From Steroidobacteraceae bacterium (GTDB taxonomy: Bacteria; Pseudomonadota; Gammaproteobacteria; Steroidobacterales; Steroidobacteraceae), in assembly GCA_036521395.1 (NCBI GenBank), contig DATDHV010000180.1, positions 1,881-65,880 of the forward strand: a DNA stretch of 64,000 bases, in the 5' to 3' direction. The first letter of the stretch is position 1. Every line of letters begins with the position of its first letter. The notes beneath the pieces are model-generated. The model had not been told where the DNA came from, made no database searches, and saw nothing but the letters and a program-made list of their open reading frames with translations. The translations under genes and the position numbers were made by a program. This document shows, one piece after another, positions 8,928-17,315 of this stretch.

Positions 8928-10006
8928 GGTGTCGTCGCCTCCAGGAACCAGTCCGTGGGTACCTCGCGTCCAAGTCCCCGCTGCTTCGCCAACTCCAACA
9001 CGCGCGATCCCACGGCGGCAAACTGCAATCCCATGCCGGTATTGTTTGCGAACACGGTGATGTCTTTATCCGAACTGCGTCCCTTACCGCGTCCGCTCAG
9101 GAGGTCGCCGATCGACACGATGTCCTCCATGGTGATGCGGCCGCGGGTCACAGGGCCTAGGATGTCGAATTGATTGTCGTGCAGAATCTGCTCCTTGGCG
9201 GTGACGACGATGCGGTTGGCGCGATCGAAGGTCACATCGTCTAGTTCACGGCGCTTCGCGGTTCCGTCCGGCGAGGTGATGGCCGTGACGTGTGTACCTG
9301 CTTCGAGCCACTCGCCCTCAAAACACGGATCCATGGCGGCTGTCGCACAGGTAACGATCTCGCAACCCACCACGGCATCGCGCGGCTGATCGACTGCAAC
9401 GATGCGAACTTCCTGGAAGTGCGAACCTTCCGTCTGCGCAAATCGCTGGCGGTTTGCGGGGGTCGGGCTGTACACACGCACCTCCTTGATGGAGGGCCGC
9501 ACGCGCAACAGACAGTGAAGATGCGATTCCGCCTGCCACCCGGACCCGAAAAGACCCGCCACTCGCGGCGACTTCACTGCCAGCTCACGGATCCCCAGTG
9601 CCGAGGTGGCGCCGACGCGCCACTTCTGCACGATACTGTCGTGCATGACACAGAGCGGCTCCAGGGTGCTCATGCTGAACAGGAACACCAGACCGACGTA
9701 CTTGCCCCCTGGTGCCGCCGGCAGCAGGCGCCGGCGCTCCACTCCGTTGGCAAGGCGCTCGACACCGACCAGGTCCGAAGTAATGCGCAGAGCCCAGACG
9801 CCACTAGAAACGCTGCCGCCTTCCTGAGACTTGAAACGGAAATGAAATCCGGGATGCCTGGCGTCCTCGACGGGAAAGTAGGTATGGGTACGCTCGCGAT
9901 TTGCGGCGCGCGCATCGGCGTACTCCTTGTACGCAATCTCGAGCGAGGACATGCAGTCCTCCACCGTCAATAAGCTCCCGACATCCTCGTTCGACAACAC
10001 CAACAT
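8924..10006 (-). CDS. Ornithine cyclodeaminase / mu-crystallin family NAD(P)-dependent enzyme
   Basis: 360 aa. Rossmann motif GLFGSGWQA and family-typical C-terminus (ITVFANNTGMGLQFAAVG). First gene of the 7-gene overlapping operon. Confidence 0.9.
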   Translation of the reverse strand: MLVLSNEDVGSLLTVEDCMSSLEIAYKEYADARAANRERTHTYFPVEDARHPGFHFRFKSQEGGSVSSGVWALRITSDLVGVERLANGVERRRLLPAAPGGKYVGLVFLFSMSTLEPLCVMHDSIVQKWRVGATSALGIRELAVKSPRVAGLFGSGWQAESHLHCLLRVRPSIKEVRVYSPTPANRQRFAQTEGSHFQEVRIVAVDQPRDAVVGCEIVTCATAAMDPCFEGEWLEAGTHVTAITSPDGTAKRRELDDVTFDRANRIVVTAKEQILHDNQFDILGPVTRGRITMEDIVSIGDLLSGRGKGRSSDKDITVFANNTGMGLQFAAVGSRVLELAKQRGLGREVPTDWFLEATTP

Positions 10007-10087
10007 GCTTCAAGTGCTCCTTGACTCGAGTTGCCCCCCTCGATGAATGCAGTCCTGTCAAGTGGGGTGAATGTGGTTCAGTAAATT

Positions 10088-10109
10088 AAGAAGTGTACTG
10101 AGCATTACC
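10088..10109 (-). promoter_or_regulatory. Conserved island box, copy 2 (core AGTGTACTGAGCAT at 10092-10105), upstream of the OCD-like operon
   Basis: 86 bp upstream of the start at 10006. Shares AGT...CTGAG.A and the 3' flank TACC with the copy at 16171. Confidence 0.55.
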
Positions 10110-10230
10110 TCCGTTCGCAATTTGCACACCAACAGCGCCACCGTCGCCGAACACCTCGCCGTGATCGCGATACTTTCGGCGGCTTCCGTTGCTCTGGCAG
10201 CCGGTACGCATCATCTGGCGGGCCTCTCGG

Positions 10231-10929
10231 TCACTGCTGATCCGCGTGATACTGATTGAGCTCGATGACCTGGCCGTCCGGATCGACGACGTAGATCGAG
10301 TCCGGCTTGCCGTCATCAGCGCGTAGCGGCGTGTTTATGAATCGGATACCGGCCGCCTTCAGCTTTACCAACAGCCCGGCGAGATCCGTCACCCGATAGG
10401 CGTTGTAGCCCTTGCCCTCGAAATTGCCGGTGGGATTTTTGTAGATGCTCTTGTCGAGAGGAGTGCCCGTCAACTCCCAGACCTCGATCCAGGGTACGTG
10501 TGACCCGATCGTCGGTCCGCCCGGCATGTTTAGAAGGAGATGCTTGTAGTGCCCCGTCTTGAGGCCTAGCAGTTGGTCCATAGCTGGGTTCTCGGCTCGA
10601 TCGGTGATGTCGTGCGCTACTGTAAATCCCAGTAGATCCACGTAGAAGTGCCGGCACTTAACGATGTCCGCGGTGAAGATGTGCGTATGATCCAGGCCGA
10701 GCACGCCCGCCGGGCTCGGCGCGAGGGTCGCGGGATGATCGACCGTCGGCACGTTGAAGTGCGGCAGGTGGTACGAGCTCGCAGCCGGCGGCGCACCCGC
10801 CGTGCCGCCCGATTGTTCCTGACCGGCGCCTTGCACCACGGCGCCGGTCGAAAGCGCGGTCAGGAGAATCATCCCGTGCCAGGCCGCTCTGCGCGCTCGC
10901 GCCTTTCCTGGCAAGTCGTTGCTTCGCAT
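10231..10929 (-). CDS. Secreted VOC (glyoxalase/bleomycin-resistance/dioxygenase) family protein
   Basis: 232 aa. N-terminal signal-like segment (AWHGMILLTALSTGAVVQGAG), a low-complexity linker, then a VOC module (GLDHTHIFTADIVKCRHFYVDLLGF ... YVVDPDGQVIEL). Confidence 0.75.
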   Translation of the reverse strand: MRSNDLPGKARARRAAWHGMILLTALSTGAVVQGAGQEQSGGTAGAPPAASSYHLPHFNVPTVDHPATLAPSPAGVLGLDHTHIFTADIVKCRHFYVDLLGFTVAHDITDRAENPAMDQLLGLKTGHYKHLLLNMPGGPTIGSHVPWIEVWELTGTPLDKSIYKNPTGNFEGKGYNAYRVTDLAGLLVKLKAAGIRFINTPLRADDGKPDSIYVVDPDGQVIELNQYHADQQ

Positions 10930-10961
10930 GTCGATGTCCTCAGGTTTGTGACGATTGGTGG

Positions 10962-11639
10962 TTAATCGCTGTCCTTTCCCCAGTAGTTGTTCAGCTCGAT
11001 AACCTGCCCGTCCGGATCGATCATGTAGACCGCGCCGGGAAGATGATGGACGGGATTGATGTTTGGCTCGGCTACGAACTTGACCCCCTGAACCTTTAGA
11101 CGCGTGATGATCTCCGCCAGATTCTTCACCCGATAGGCGTTGTAGCCCTTGCCCTGAAAGTTGCCCGTGGGATTGTTATAGATACTCTTATCAAGCGGGA
11201 CTCCGGTAATCTCCCAAAGCTCGATCTGCGGAACGTGCGTACCATAGGAAGGTCCGCCTGGCATGTTCAGGAGCGCCGATTTGTAATGGGCGTTCTTAAG
11301 ACCCAGCAGATTGTCCATGCGCGGATTCACCGGTGTGTCCTCGACGGGCGTGGCTTGCGTAAAGCCGAGCAGGTCGACGTAGAAGTGAATGGATCGATTG
11401 ATGTCGGCCGTAAAGACGTGTGTGTGCTCGAGTCCGTAAAAACCCTTCGCATTCGCATGTACGGGAGCCGGATGATCGACGTGCGGCAGATTCTGTCCGG
11501 CATCCGAATAGGCGTCGGGGGGCGGTGCGGCGGTCTGGGCGGTAGCGCTGGCCGACATAGCGGTGGCGACTCCGCTGAGGGCCGCACCAATCAAAGCTCG
11601 AGCGAAGCGACTCTTCCCGGTCAGATGCATGGCGTTCAT
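10962..11639 (-). CDS. Secreted VOC family protein (tandem paralogue of 10231..10929)
   Basis: 225 aa. Signal-like N-terminus (ALIGAALSGVATAMSASATAQ). Collinear similarity to its neighbour (GLEHTHVFTADINRSIHFYVDLLGF, NPTGNFQGKGYNAYRV, YMIDPDGQVIEL). Confidence 0.75.
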   Translation of the reverse strand: MNAMHLTGKSRFARALIGAALSGVATAMSASATAQTAAPPPDAYSDAGQNLPHVDHPAPVHANAKGFYGLEHTHVFTADINRSIHFYVDLLGFTQATPVEDTPVNPRMDNLLGLKNAHYKSALLNMPGGPSYGTHVPQIELWEITGVPLDKSIYNNPTGNFQGKGYNAYRVKNLAEIITRLKVQGVKFVAEPNINPVHHLPGAVYMIDPDGQVIELNNYWGKDSD

Positions 11640-11677
11640 CTCTCACTCCTCGGTGGTGGTGGCGCGTGCGCGCCTGC

Positions 11678-13792
11678 TCAGTTCCAATGGATATTCGAGG
11701 GCTGGTTGTGGGCGCCGCGCGAGACGTACTCGTAAAGCGCCCCAACATCGTCCTTGCTGAGTTCGCCCGAGAAGCTCGGCATACCGAGCGCTTCGAGGGC
11801 GCCCCCCAGCACGATGGACCGGAAGCCGTCGGGTCCTATCTCATGCACACGCTCCAGGTTGGGCAGATTTGGAGCGGAACCGGATCTACCATGACAGGAG
11901 GCGCAGTGCCCGTACAACCGTGCGCCGCGTATCATCAGCTCCGGATCGGCCGGCGCGAACTTGCTCAAATCCACGACCGGCGGGCCCTTCGGCACAGGGC
12001 GCTTCGGGGGTGTCGGAACCTCGCCGCCATCGAGCTTGAACACCAGCATGCGGCCCTCGTTCTCGTAGATCCTCGCCGCGGAGTCATCCGCCATCCGCCA
12101 GCTGAGAGCACCGCCGTAGCCCGCGGCAACCGCGACATATTGTGTTCCGCCCACCGAGTACGTCATCGGCCCCGCAATGGCGGCGCTGCCCGTGAACAGC
12201 CGCTTGAGCTCCGCGCCCGTGCGCGCATCGTAGGCATTGAAATAGCCATCCTGTGTCGGTTGAAACACAAGGTCGCCGGCCGTGGCGAGAACGGATCCGT
12301 TCCAAGTGTCGCTGTGTTTTACCTGCCAACGAACTACGTGAGCAATTGGATCCCAGGCGCGCAGAAACCCTCCGATGTCGACCGTCGGCTGACCCTTGGT
12401 CATCTCGGCGAGCTGCTTGGGCGAAGCGATCAGATGCCAGATGTAGGAGTGCGCGGGATTCATCGAGAATGACGTCGGATTATCCTGTGCCGGGATATAG
12501 ACGAGCCCGGTCTTCGGGCTGTACGCCTGCGGAAACCAGTCGTGCGCACCGTTGCCATTCGGAAAGATCAATCGATCGTGTTTGCTGTAATCGGCATAAT
12601 CGGTTACTACCGGGCGCCCGGTCTTCATGTCGATACCGCTGGCCCAGTTCACCGCACCGTACTGTTGCGCCGAGAGTAATTCACCGGTCTTGCGATCCAG
12701 GACGTAGAAAAACCCGTCCTTCGGCGCCTGCATCGCCACCTGGCGCACACGACCATTGATCCGAACATCCGCCAGCGTGATGGGACTGTCCGCGTCGTAG
12801 TCCCAGCGGTCGCCTGGCACTTCCTGGTAGTGCCAGGCCACACGCCCCGTGTCCGCATGCAGCGCCATGATGGACGTGATGTATAGGTCGTCGGTCTTGT
12901 CCTCCGGTCGCTGCTGCTTCCACGGACCGGTGTTCCCAGTGCCGAAATAGAGCAGATTCAGCTTAGGATCGAAGGACATCATCCCCCAGACGCTGCCGCC
13001 GCCTTGATCAGTCCATACGTCATCGGCAGGCCAGGTTCTTGCCGCCGCGGCTTCATCGGCATTCTCGAACGGTCCGTTAGGCCCCTTGGGCACTACGAAG
13101 AATCGCCAGACTTGCGCGCCGCTTCGGGCATCGTAGGCAGTCACATAGGCGCGAACTCCTGAATCGCCGCCGCTGTTGCCGAGGATCACCTTGCCATTTG
13201 TCGCTAGTACGGGACCCGTCACACTGTATGGGCGATCGTGATCGATGATGGTGTCGACATTCCAGTCGACTTTGCCGGAGCCGGCATCAAGAGCCACCAG
13301 GTGCCCATCGAGCGTGGCGACATAGACGCGGCCCTTCCACACCGCAAGGCCCCGATTGACGATGTCGCAGCACACGTGCCTGACGACGCTGGATCGATTG
13401 ACTGGCTGGTAGGACCAAAGTGTGTGCCCGGTCACCGCATCGAATGCGAACACCTGGCCCCAGGTACTGCTAACATACATGACACCGCCGACGACGATCG
13501 GGGTAGCTTCCAGACCACGATCGGTATTCATGTCGGCCTGCCAAGCGAAGCCTAGTCGCCCCACCGTCTGCGTGTTGATCTGCGCCAACGGCGAGTAGCG
13601 GCGCTCCGAATAATCCCCACCACTCGATGGCCATTGCGATCCATCCTTTGCAAAAGCCGCCACCGTGGCCGCATCGACATTGGCGGCAATCGGGGGCGAC
13701 GCCTCGGCCGGCAGCGGCGACAGCAGAGCCATCGCCAGCCCAGCCAGCACGGGGCAGAGCATTCGTAGATTCACCGCCAACTCCGGGTACAC
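11678..13792 (-). CDS. PQQ-dependent quinohemoprotein dehydrogenase (alcohol dehydrogenase type II-like)
   Basis: 704 aa. Signal peptide, a beta-propeller with the vicinal Cys pair (VRHVCCDIVNRG), and a C-terminal cytochrome c domain with CASCH heme motif. Confidence 0.9.
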   Translation of the reverse strand: MYPELAVNLRMLCPVLAGLAMALLSPLPAEASPPIAANVDAATVAAFAKDGSQWPSSGGDYSERRYSPLAQINTQTVGRLGFAWQADMNTDRGLEATPIVVGGVMYVSSTWGQVFAFDAVTGHTLWSYQPVNRSSVVRHVCCDIVNRGLAVWKGRVYVATLDGHLVALDAGSGKVDWNVDTIIDHDRPYSVTGPVLATNGKVILGNSGGDSGVRAYVTAYDARSGAQVWRFFVVPKGPNGPFENADEAAAARTWPADDVWTDQGGGSVWGMMSFDPKLNLLYFGTGNTGPWKQQRPEDKTDDLYITSIMALHADTGRVAWHYQEVPGDRWDYDADSPITLADVRINGRVRQVAMQAPKDGFFYVLDRKTGELLSAQQYGAVNWASGIDMKTGRPVVTDYADYSKHDRLIFPNGNGAHDWFPQAYSPKTGLVYIPAQDNPTSFSMNPAHSYIWHLIASPKQLAEMTKGQPTVDIGGFLRAWDPIAHVVRWQVKHSDTWNGSVLATAGDLVFQPTQDGYFNAYDARTGAELKRLFTGSAAIAGPMTYSVGGTQYVAVAAGYGGALSWRMADDSAARIYENEGRMLVFKLDGGEVPTPPKRPVPKGPPVVDLSKFAPADPELMIRGARLYGHCASCHGRSGSAPNLPNLERVHEIGPDGFRSIVLGGALEALGMPSFSGELSKDDVGALYEYVSRGAHNQPSNIHWN

Positions 13793-13845
13793 GCCATCAC
13801 AGCTTGTTTAGGCGCGCTCGGACTCGTAACGACATTCGGGCACAA

Positions 13846-16098
13846 TCACTCGGTCGTATAGGCAACGGAGACGCCATAGGTGCGCGGATCGCCATGGAAT
13901 GAGACAGCCGCGCCCGCGGTCAGGAACTCATTGCCGACGGTATAGGTAATGTAGTGGCGGTCCCCAAGATTATGGCCCCAGAGCGAGAAGGTCCAGTGGC
14001 CGTCGCTGCTGCGCCAAGGAAGATTCCCATCGATCACGCCGTACCCGCCAGCGCCGTATCTGCTCGGGTTCAGGTCCTCATGCGGATCGAACCACACATG
14101 CGAGCGATACGTTATGCGGACCTGCGGTTCGAAAGTGCTGCCACCCGAAAGCAGGAATTTATACTGTGCGGACGAGTCAGTCGTGAACTTGGGCGCATTG
14201 GTGAACTCGTGCCCCGCAAAGCTCAGGAACGGCAGGAACTGGAACTGGTCGTAGCGCGTATTCAACAGTCCCGCTGACACCGAGAACGTCCACCCGGCAA
14301 TATCGCGCGCGTCGAGCTCGATTTCCGCTCCCTTCGATTTGCCACTCGCGGCATTCTTGGTGAGCGCCGTTGTGTCGCCCGGGACCAAGGGGTTTGGCAC
14401 CAGTACCAGGGTCTGGAGATCTGTGAGGTCGTTGTAAAAGACGGCCAGATTCGCAATCAAATGCTGATTGAAGGACGTAGTCTTCAGGCCCACTTCGTAG
14501 GTGTTGTCCCGCTCAGGATTATAGGGCTCCAGCGTCGAATCGGCGCTGAACCCACCGCTCTTGAATCCGCGGCTCGCACTGGCGTAGGCGAGCAGTCCCT
14601 TGATCGGACGCCATTCCCCTACGATGCGTCCTGTTGGCGCCGACCAGTTATCCGACTTGCTGAGATCGTATTGGGGCAGGAAAGCAGGACCGGCGTCGGG
14701 GAACTGGATCGAGCCAAATCCGTGCGCCTGCTTGACCTCATGCGTGTAACGCGCCCCAACCCCTAGAGTGAATGTGTCCGTTATGGCCCAGCGCACGTCT
14801 CCAAACACCGCGTAGTTATAGGATATCTGCGAGACACCATCGTTAGTATTGGACGCCAAGCCCTGTCCGGCAAAGATGGGGTCCGTGAACGCCGGGTTCT
14901 GCGCCTGATAGACATTGAGATCTTCGTGGTAGAAATAGAGGCCGGTAACCCAGTCGAACGGCCCGCTCTTCGATGCCAGCCGAAACTCCTGACTGTATTC
15001 GTTGACATTATTCGGCGACTGGTCGATGGCAATCATCTGTGGCGAGCCATCGAAATCGATATAGTCGCGGTAGTTCGCGTGATCAAACCCACTGATGGTG
15101 GTAAAGGTCATTCCCAGAACATTGATGTTTCCTGTCAGATATGCGCCCTTCGCATTGATGACTTCCTGCGGAGCGAACGACAGTGACACCTCATTCCAGG
15201 GCAGGCCCGCGCCCTTATATCCCGTGAAGGTATTGACATTCAGGTCTGAGTAGACGACCGGGGTGGTACTGTTGCTACCGTTGCCATGCAAATTGAGCGT
15301 CCAGCTCATGTCGGAGCTAGGCTTCCACACCGCCAGAGCGCGTGCACCCCAGTTGCTGACGTCATCGAGGTGGTGGGTTCCTGGCGCATCCTGGTTGATG
15401 TTGGTGACCCAGCCGTCGCGATTTCGCATCACGCCAGACACACGCACCGCCAGCGTGTCGGAAATAGGAACCGAAACGCCGCCATCGAAATCGCGCTCAT
15501 TGAAGCGTCCATAGGTGACCGAACCGTCGGCTTCAAACTGGTCTCCGGGCTTGCGCGAATACAAATCGATGGCGCCGGCGTTAGTGTTGCGCCCGAAGAG
15601 GGTGCCCTGCGGACCGCGCAGAACCTCGACGCGTTCCTGGTCGAACATCTGTCCGAGCTGAGCACTACGCGCGCCAACGTAGACGTCGTCGTAGTAGACG
15701 CCAACGGGTGAAACTGCGGTTGGTCCGAAAACCTGACCGATGCTGATGCCCCGGATCGAGATGTTCGGGTTACCCATCGCATAAGGCGTCACGAAGTTCA
15801 TATTCGGCGTGGAATCGGCGAGTTTGCCGATGTCTGTGACACCCCGGCTCTCGAGATCCTGCTGTGTGAGGACTTCCATGGACAGCGAGACATCCTGCAC
15901 CGATTGCTCACGCCGCTGAGCTGTGACTAGAACCTCCTGAAGCTCGGAGTCGCCTTCGCTTGCGGCCGCGAGCGTTGGCGCAATCGATTGATCGGCGGCG
16001 GATGCGCCGGTTGACCAGAGAATGATTGCAACAAGCGCCGAAACCGTCGAAGCGCGGCCTGTGATCTGACTTCGGCCAGGTAATTCAAACTCAAACAT
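13846..16098 (-). CDS. TonB-dependent outer-membrane receptor
   Basis: 750 aa. Signal peptide, plug region (EVLVTAQRREQSVQDVSLSMEVLT, RVEVLRGPQGTLFGRNT), and a long beta-barrel rich in alternating aromatic residues. Confidence 0.9.
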   Translation of the reverse strand: MFEFELPGRSQITGRASTVSALVAIILWSTGASAADQSIAPTLAAASEGDSELQEVLVTAQRREQSVQDVSLSMEVLTQQDLESRGVTDIGKLADSTPNMNFVTPYAMGNPNISIRGISIGQVFGPTAVSPVGVYYDDVYVGARSAQLGQMFDQERVEVLRGPQGTLFGRNTNAGAIDLYSRKPGDQFEADGSVTYGRFNERDFDGGVSVPISDTLAVRVSGVMRNRDGWVTNINQDAPGTHHLDDVSNWGARALAVWKPSSDMSWTLNLHGNGSNSTTPVVYSDLNVNTFTGYKGAGLPWNEVSLSFAPQEVINAKGAYLTGNINVLGMTFTTISGFDHANYRDYIDFDGSPQMIAIDQSPNNVNEYSQEFRLASKSGPFDWVTGLYFYHEDLNVYQAQNPAFTDPIFAGQGLASNTNDGVSQISYNYAVFGDVRWAITDTFTLGVGARYTHEVKQAHGFGSIQFPDAGPAFLPQYDLSKSDNWSAPTGRIVGEWRPIKGLLAYASASRGFKSGGFSADSTLEPYNPERDNTYEVGLKTTSFNQHLIANLAVFYNDLTDLQTLVLVPNPLVPGDTTALTKNAASGKSKGAEIELDARDIAGWTFSVSAGLLNTRYDQFQFLPFLSFAGHEFTNAPKFTTDSSAQYKFLLSGGSTFEPQVRITYRSHVWFDPHEDLNPSRYGAGGYGVIDGNLPWRSSDGHWTFSLWGHNLGDRHYITYTVGNEFLTAGAAVSFHGDPRTYGVSVAYTTE

Positions 16099-16170
16099 GT
16101 GACCCCCCTATTCACTTAGATCCTCGCCGGACTCAGTTTGAATCCGACGGCTGCAGGAATTCGACGACAT

Positions 16171-16192
16171 ATGCAGTATACTGAGTAATACC
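16171..16192 (-). promoter_or_regulatory. Conserved island box, copy 3 (core AGTATACTGAGTAA at 16175-16188), upstream of the TonB receptor operon
   Basis: 77 bp upstream of the start at 16098. On the minus strand, TTGACA (16214-16219), 18 nt, then TATGGT directly precede the box. Confidence 0.6.
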
Positions 16193-16303
16193 ATAGCAGC
16201 GCGCCTGACGCAGTGTCAAACTCATCGACGCACTATTTCCCCCGTATAAACGCAGCGCGCGCGGCGCGGTCAGGCGAAGAGGCTACGATACAAAATAAAT
16301 TCC

Positions 16304-17098
16304 TCATAGCGGCGCATCCGGATTGATGAGCGTGCGCCACATATGCGCCACCGGGCCGTTGTCGTTGCCGAGTCCCTCGGCCGGCTGTTTGAAATGACGA
16401 CCGACGATGTCGGTGAACGTTTCGAATGCCACGACCGCCTTGGGGTCGAAGGCATAGAGGTCACTGGCAGTCACCTCACGAGCATCACCGTACCAGCGAT
16501 GCTTGCGCACGAATTGATAGGTCTGTTCAAGACGCGGATCTGGGACATAGTCATCGCCGTAAATCCGTCGGTAGATATCCGGGTAGCTATATCCGACCTC
16601 GGCGTCTGCGAAGAAGCGCAAGGGCTGGTGATACTTGATCGCGAATGCCGTCCGTTCGGACACGTACGGCTCCATGAGCTGCGCGCCCCAATATCCATGG
16701 TCTGCGCACATGAACTCCTGCGCGATATCGTGCAGCAGGCAGGCAAGCACGATCTCCTCGTCTGCGCCTCTCTCGAGCGCTTTGTTGGCGCTCTGCAGGC
16801 AATGATTGCCGGTGTTCGCCAAGCGAAGCCGGAAGAAATCGGCCAGTTTCGGAGCCACAGGCATGGGCGGTAAGCGCGCTACGAGGCCGCCCTCGGCGCG
16901 GCTCCAGAACATGCGGCCAACCCCGCGCCTGTACGGACGGGTGGTGATCTGCGCATCGAGTTCGGCAACCGTTGGGTAACGCGCGGAAGGTGCGGTAAGC
17001 GCCGCCGAGCCAGCCGGCAGTGCAGCACTCACATTCGGCTCGGATGTGACCTTTTCAGTGTGCAACTGCCGATCCCCCAGCCCATGCTCCTCGTCCAT
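16304..17098 (-). CDS. HD-domain metalloprotein (phosphohydrolase or HD-type oxygenase; function unknown)
   Basis: ORF track gives 16304..17140 with a GTG start. ATG 17098 is preferred because it is preceded by GAGGAG with a 6-nt spacer. His/Asp pattern: NHCLQSA, LLHDIAQ, ADHGYWG, IKYHQ, plus later Asp residues. Confidence 0.75.
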   Translation of the reverse strand: MDEEHGLGDRQLHTEKVTSEPNVSAALPAGSAALTAPSARYPTVAELDAQITTRPYRRGVGRMFWSRAEGGLVARLPPMPVAPKLADFFRLRLANTGNHCLQSANKALERGADEEIVLACLLHDIAQEFMCADHGYWGAQLMEPYVSERTAFAIKYHQPLRFFADAEVGYSYPDIYRRIYGDDYVPDPRLEQTYQFVRKHRWYGDAREVTASDLYAFDPKAVVAFETFTDIVGRHFKQPAEGLGNDNGPVAHMWRTLINPDAPL

Positions 17099-17160
17099 CG
17101 TTATCTCCTCAACGTTCGCAGGCGGAACAGTATGAGGCACCCTTTAAGGTGCAGATATTA

Positions 17161-17183
17161 TAATCAGTACGCTGAGTATCAAG
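17161..17183 (-). promoter_or_regulatory. Conserved island box, copy 4 (core AGTACGCTGAGTAT at 17166-17179), upstream of the HD-domain gene
   Basis: 68 bp upstream of ATG 17098. Flanked on the minus strand by TTGACT (17182-17187) and TATAAT-like sequence. Nearly identical to copy 1 over ~20 nt (TGATACTCAGCrTACTsATTA on the minus strand). Confidence 0.6.
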
Positions 17184-17315
17184 TCAAGAGCAACAGATTG
17201 AGAGAGATCGGCGTCCAACCACATCACGCTATGAGACGGGTTTCTGCCAAAATTGACCTGAAATTCCCGGTTAACCGCCACGGCTGACAGTGGCATGCTA
17301 GGGGGAGCGCCCTGG

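Noticed and set aside
17184-17315. Island/core boundary next to guaA, inspected for att-like direct repeats, tRNA fragments or integrase remnants
   Set aside because: Nothing convincing by eye. There is only a short GCCAC-N8-GTGGC hairpin downstream of guaA. The left end of the island is outside the window, so no repeat comparison is possible.
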